64,000 bases of DNA, taken from the human T2T-CHM13v2.0 reference genome, Homo sapiens. The position numbers and the translations under genes were made by a program. The stretch is taken from NCBI RefSeq assembly GCF_009914755.1, contig NC_060925.1; one strand, 5' to 3'. The notes beneath the pieces are model-generated. The model saw only the letters and a program-made list of their open reading frames with translations, did no database searches and was not told the DNA's origin. This document shows, in pieces, positions 58,331 through 64,000 of the stretch (position 1 is its first letter; each line of letters begins with the position of its first letter).

Positions 58331-61119
58331 GGGAGGTAAATTAGCAGTTCCTGTAGCCAAATCCTGGTCTGTTATTTCTGAAAGTCTGTCATCTCTGAAG
58401 AGGATACTGGGCATAAATACAAATGAGAACATGATCTTTTAGGTGGTGAGAGTCTATAGAGCAGGCATTTGGAGGGATGCCCTCTCCCCATTGTGGAACT
58501 AGCAGAACAAAATCTAAAGAATGCACAAAAGAAACCAAAAAATGAGCTGTTAGGTTCTAAGGAGGGAGGGAGTGTGATGGAAAGCACACCATGAGAAATA
58601 AGGACATGGACCTGCCCCCGCCCCATCATGACACTGGCTGTGTCTGAAAAATGGAGCAGGAAAGGCAGCGTGACTAGGAAAATGTGCAGTTTTAATTTTA
58701 CATAATATTTGTTTTTTTTTAGAAAATATTTTCTAAGATAAAAAATGCTAACATTTGTGAATAGTGGTAGTGGATACATGTGTATGTTTTATTATTGGAT
58801 TTTTTTCTATATATCACATTTTTTTAATTAGAAGGGGAAGACTTTTTTTTTTCTTAAATTAGAAGAGGGGCAGTTAAAGGAAGGAGGTAGGTGCTAGGAA
58901 TGGTTTAAGAGTCAGGGTCCTATTCCTAGATACAAATTGGCTTGGGCAAATTGCTTCTCTGGTCTTCAGGTGTCTTATCTAAGGAGAAGAGTTTTGAAGA
59001 TGATGATGTTGGAAATCCCTTCTAGCTCTAGAACGTTCTGTGATCCTGATTTTTAAAAACAATTGATGATTGAATAGTTCTATTTATAGGCTTGGGAATT
59101 TGGTGTCTCATGCTCACTAATCCCTGATTCTTTAAAATTAGGAGAAACAATCTTGCTTGGCACAAGATAGCCAATAGCTTTCTAGTCAGGAAGCTCGTGC
59201 ATTGAAATTCATTTGCCCAGAGACATTTTCAAAAGCTGTGAACCCACAGGTCGCTGACATCCCTTCTGGACCAGATGTGGGAATCTGGACCCACCCAGAA
59301 AGCTGTGCCTCTGTGTCAGGCATCCTGCCATTCACCACACGCGTTCCAGCGGCTGCTCTCTGGCTTTGCAGGGCACCTGCAGGACAGTTTGTGCATAAGG
59401 AATCCCTTCCCTCCAAATTTTAGATGAGAAATATGGTAATGAAAGGAAATAACCCAGGCAGAGTGGCTTGTTTCACATGTCACGGTGTGTCAAAATCAGA
59501 TGTATGTCTTAGATTCTTGGGGGAAAAAAAAAGTTGTCGCATGAATTTGGGGGTTTTGTTTTGTCTTTGGACATGGTCCGGGAGGCATGATGCGCGCCCT
59601 GGAGCTTCATCGATGCTGTTGAGTGGGGATGACGGTGTGCATCGCCACATCCTCAGCTTTCCAGTTGTTTCAGCTGCGCCCTCCAAGCTGCCCTGTTCCG
59701 CGGGGACAATAGCAGCCAGTGGACGGGAGCCCGCACCACACAGCAGCAAAGGAAGCCGGAGGAGAGGCTCTGCGGGCTCTCTGCTCCGTCAGCAGGAATG
59801 TCCTCCGGGCCAGCAGCTGCCTTTGCAGCCACCTCTCCAGTTTCTGTCACTTGGGTCAAGTTTCCTTATAATGCGTTAAATGAATGAGAATAAGAAAGTG
59901 TGTGTTGGCAGAATTTCCGTTGAATAATGCCAAGGCTTTCCAAGTAAGAGCATGAATTTAAGCGGAGCAAAGTTCCCAGTCAATGGGATTCAGAGTAATG
60001 GCTATTCTGCTAATAATGAAAAGTAGAAATGTTTTTACTTTTAAAGGTTCACAAATGGGCTACTCTTAGGGCTCGCTGGCCTATTCAGTTACAAAGTGGA
60101 AACTGTTCCGGATCTTTGCTTTATTGCACTTGTATTTAGTAGGTGATTGGAAACATTTTCCACTTAGCATTTAAGGGTTTGAATAGACTGGTGACTTTTT
60201 TTCAACTAAAGTTTCCTCTTTTTTAAAAAACTGACATTTTTCTTTTTTTGCAAGTAGACTGAAGATTTCAAGTAACAGGTTTTCCAAATACTTAGACTCT
60301 GCCTGCATAATTATTATATTTGCCGTGGGGATTAGCACTTTTCAAAAGTGTATTTCTACACAACATCCTTGTTTTGCCCCAAAGTTTGATTCTTCACAGC
60401 TTATTACGTAGATTTAGGCAAAATGGACCGAGCTCCATCCACTAGAACTTCCATTATAAAGGCAATCATTTCGAATGAAACAGAAGCCATTTATCTTAAT
60501 GAACCAGCAGGAAAATGAAGTCTGTTGAAATGATCTGAACCCTTCAAAAAATATTGGTAATTCATTGTGGCTATATTTATTTTTATTAGTTTCTCTATGT
60601 TGCCTGTTTTATTGACTTTCCACAGCAAACCACCACCCCCACCAGCACCACCAAATACCGTTGTATTTTGATTCCTTATGTTCTTTATTAGCAGGCTTAC
60701 TTCTCTCTTCATAGAACTATGCCTTTGCCCCACTGCTCCATTTCAGAGCATTCGGGGCTATTCCTGGTAAGAAGCCAGCATTAGTTAATGTTACTGTTCT
60801 GGTCTTGGGCTGCAAAGAGTGCATGGATAATGGTTCATGTTTTCCCCTCCAAATGGAGGGAAGACACAGACATAATTGAAACTTACAATGTCGGGGGATA
60901 ATTTTATACCATTATTTTTAATGAAAACGGGGAAGTATCCTAGCTAAAATGCTGGAAAATAGCCTTCCAGTAGCCCTAAGCATCCACGTGTAACTGAATG
61001 CAGGTGGGATAGAAACCTGTTCCCTCTTGCCTCCCTCCCCCAAATAGAGAGATGCTGTCAGTGGTCAGGAAAAGCAGTGAGCCACAGGTAATGAGCTCCG
61101 TATCCATTTTCTTTGTCAG

Positions 61120-61286
61120 ATCTCCCAGCTGATGACAGAGAGTAGCCGGGAGGGACTAACAGAAGCAGTGCTGAACCGCTACAATGCAGACAAGCCTTCC
61201 GCCTGCAGTGTCCCAGCCTCGCAGGGCTCCTGCGTGGCCAGCGAGACTTCCACAGGCACATCGGTGGCCGCCTCCTTCTTTGCACG
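61120..61286 (+). CDS. KIF26B: KIF26B internal coding exon (likely exon 4), 167 nt
   Basis: ttttctttgtcag|ATC acceptor, CG|gtaaga donor; translates [55 protein letters not shown](R) in phase 0 with the previous exon; not in the ORF track. Confidence 0.94.
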
Positions 61287-61411
61287 GTAAGAGAGCTGTT
61301 CAGATCCTTGGTTCTTTCCGATGAGCCCAGCTGGTTAGCCCCTCACGTGGACTAGCTCAGCTGAAACACTAGAAAGAGTTTGGGGCCGTTCTGTGATGTC
61401 ATTCATTAAGA

Positions 61412-61605
61412 CAGAGTTTCTCAGCCATGGCACTGTGACCTCTCGGGCCAGCTAACTGTGGTGGGGACTGTCCTGTGTGTTATAGGGTGGGCTGCAGCAT
61501 CCTTGGCCTGTACCCCTCGATGTGTGCCCGCAGTACCCTCCTCCAGTCGTGACTACCAAAAATGTCTGCAGACATTGTGAGAGGCCCCAGGGTCGAGAGT
61601 CGCTG
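61412..61605 (+). mobile_element. MER20 (hAT-Charlie)
   Basis: cagagtttctcagccatggcactg...gtgactaccaaaaatgtctgcagacattg. Confidence 0.85.
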
Positions 61606-62164
61606 CTCTCTTGATGTGTAGCTCCAAAGATGCTCTTTTGCAGCATCAGGACTTTGTAGAGGCATCCCTCTGGTGGGTGTTTCCAGATTTATCTTCTCAT
61701 TACAGAAATTGAACTGCTTAAAAGCTATTAAATAGATGGCAGGTTTTCTCCCCCGCTTCTTGACAGATTAGCCAGAGTGTTATCAAATACTCTCCAGCTA
61801 ATCTTGGGAACTTCAAAAATACAAGAAACAAAAAAGAAAGGTATTTCAACAATGTTTTCTGCCTAATTTTAGCAACATGGCAGAGACGGGGCGGGAGACG
61901 AAGGACAGCTGAGCAGGAAAGGACTTCAGGGATTGTCTGGTTCCATCTCCTTATTTATGAATGAGGAAACCGAGGACCAGGAAGGTTCAACTAGGAGTGA
62001 GTTTATAGCACAGCCAGAAATAGAAACCGGATTGCTCTACATTTTTCTGTATAACTCATGTTTTAATTTAATGCTCAGAACTGAACCTTGGAAAACTTTC
62101 TCTGTCTAAGATTTGCAAGCTCCTGAGTAAACAGGACATAGAATAAATGCGATAGCATCAGATA

Positions 62165-62310
62165 CGAAATCACAAGACCTTTTGGGTTCCAGTTGCAGCA
62201 GTTCTGCCTCAGTTTCTTCATGTATAAAATGAGGATGATACCTGCTCTGCAGGGTCGCTCCGAAGACTAACATAAGATGATGAGAAATTATAAAGTACTG
62301 TAGAAATGGT
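62165..62310 (+). mobile_element. MIR
   Basis: gcctcagtttcttcatgtataaaatgaggatgatacc. Confidence 0.65.
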
Positions 62311-62819
62311 TACTACTATGTCAGTAAGAAGGAATATTGTGTGGCTTTGCTTGTTATCTTTATGAATGGTAACATCCAGAACACAAATATGGGGAAGGGG
62401 CTCTGATTAGGACAGCGGCAAGGCAGAGGAGGACAGAGGGCTAAGACCCTGGATGATGGGACCCTAAAGGCAGCACACAGGGCTTGTTGGAAGACCGGCT
62501 TTGAGGGTCTTCATTGTATTTTGGTGCTGTGTTTATTGTCGTATGAACACTTGGGACAACTTGAATGTGTGGGAAGTAATAGGAAATATGTATAGGCTGG
62601 CCACCCAACAATGGGGACCATTGTGTTAGCCCTGTCTGGACATGAATCTCTGTGTTGTCCCAGACCATTAAGCAGGGAGTCCAAGCTCACTGGGAGGTCA
62701 TGTCCATGCCATTTAGGGAGAGAATAAAGACAGGGAACAGTTATGAGGAAATGTCACAAGCACAGAAGCTCCTAGGAGGTTATTAGAACATGTTCAAAGG
62801 AGGCTGACTAAGAAGCCAT

Positions 62820-63155
62820 GGCATGGCAGGTTCAGTTTGGAGAAGAGAAGGACTCTGGGGTACATCATGGATGCCCTCAGCTATCTCTCAGGCTATTGTA
62901 TAAATGGAGACTTGGTTCGTTCTGTAGAGCAACCAGTTATGTAGGCAAAGGCTAAATAACGAGGGAGGAGACGGACCTCCCAGCTCAGAATGAAGAACTT
63001 GCAATTCCGATGGCTTCAGGAGAGAGTGAGATTTGTGTCCCTAAGGGAGATCAAAGTTATGTTGAGTAATTACCTGGCCTCGATCCTAGAGGGAACATTC
63101 AATGCTCAGATGGGAATTGACTTCCGACGTGCCTTTCTAACCTGAAATTCTTTGA
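62820..63155 (+). mobile_element. L3/CR1 3' fragment
   Basis: ttcagtttggagaagagaaggact...gcctttctaacctgaaattctttga. Confidence 0.55.
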
Positions 63156-64000
63156 AAGTGGAGTCTTCCGTTCAGTTCCAGCCAGAGAATTTTACAGAAG
63201 GTTGACTGACTCACAAGGCAACCCAGAAGATTTGAAGCAGGAAGAAATAAGAAGTGAGGGTTCCCAATTGGCAGAATTTAAGGAGAACATGAGTTCTCCT
63301 TAAATTCTTGGTGCGAGGAAACCAGCAGCGTCTTTGGAGCTGGGGAAAGGATGTGGAAATGAGGGGGGCCTGGGAACCTCATAGTACTGGACAAGGTGTG
63401 CCTGAGGCCAGAGGTCAGGATATCAGAGGAGGATTTACGAACAAGCAAACACACAGCAGGGAAAGGAATAACAAATCACTAGCGAAAGCCTAGGGTGGAA
63501 GGGAGATACTGAGGCAAAACCCAAAATGTATGGGCCAGTGATGTCAACTGGGGCAGGCTCTGCAGGTGATGCTAGCAGCAAACAAAGACTTGAAACTCAT
63601 GACTTCAGAACGACAAGGGCTTGCAGTATGAGCTTTCAAAGAGCTGGAAAGGATCCCTAAGGCTCCCCAAATCTTTACTATTACTTTCTGTGCAGTGAAC
63701 GCTGATAGTACTTGGAGCTTCATGGTATAAGCATTAAAAGTATGTGGTTTGTATTCAAAGGGTTTACAATGTACAGTGGGAAACAAGTACCATGTGAAAA
63801 AGAACAATTCTTTCTATAGATTTCCCCCCCACCCTTTACTCATTACCATATTTTGCCATGTTATTCTCATCATTATTGATGAGAACTATTATTAGCTGGG
63901 CTTTCCCACCTCCCAGCGAGGGAGGCAGCATATTAATAACCCCCCTGTCACTGAGGGGCACCCAAAGCAGAAGTGTGACTGACTGGCTCCAGGCTCATCC

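Noticed and set aside
59424-59879. 151-aa ATG-initiated ORF
   Set aside because: No recognisable homology; explained by local GC richness.

Overview
Human (primate) genomic DNA from inside the kinesin-11 gene KIF26B, transcribed on the + strand of this window. Two coding exons are recognisable by translation and canonical AG/GT boundaries. 8381-8914 is 534 nt, phase 0/0 ([15 protein letters not shown]...GVTLYPYQ; probably exon 3). 61120-61286 is 167 nt, phase 0/2 ([12 protein letters not shown]...SVAASFFAR; probably exon 4). They splice in frame across a ~52.2 kb intron. The rest is intronic: more than 30 Alu/FLAM/FRAM copies (many with readable TSDs), MIR, L1/HAL1, L2, L3, two MaLR (MLT1) LTRs, hAT elements (MER1B, MER5A, MER20, MER30, MER33, Charlie1), two MADE1 mariner palindromes, microsatellites and small tandem duplications. 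Nearly all ORF-track entries are Alu/L1-derived or chance ORFs. I see no convincing new multi-gene system. The best leads are small-scale: a symmetric exon that could circularise into a stop-free ORF, a MADE1 hairpin with a compensatory base pair, an LTR polyA signal turned into a splice donor, a candidate in-frame cryptic exon, and a fold-back inversion of a HAL1 segment into a Charlie1. Repeat names and exon numbers come from remembered consensus sequences, not from a search, and repeat boundaries are approximate.
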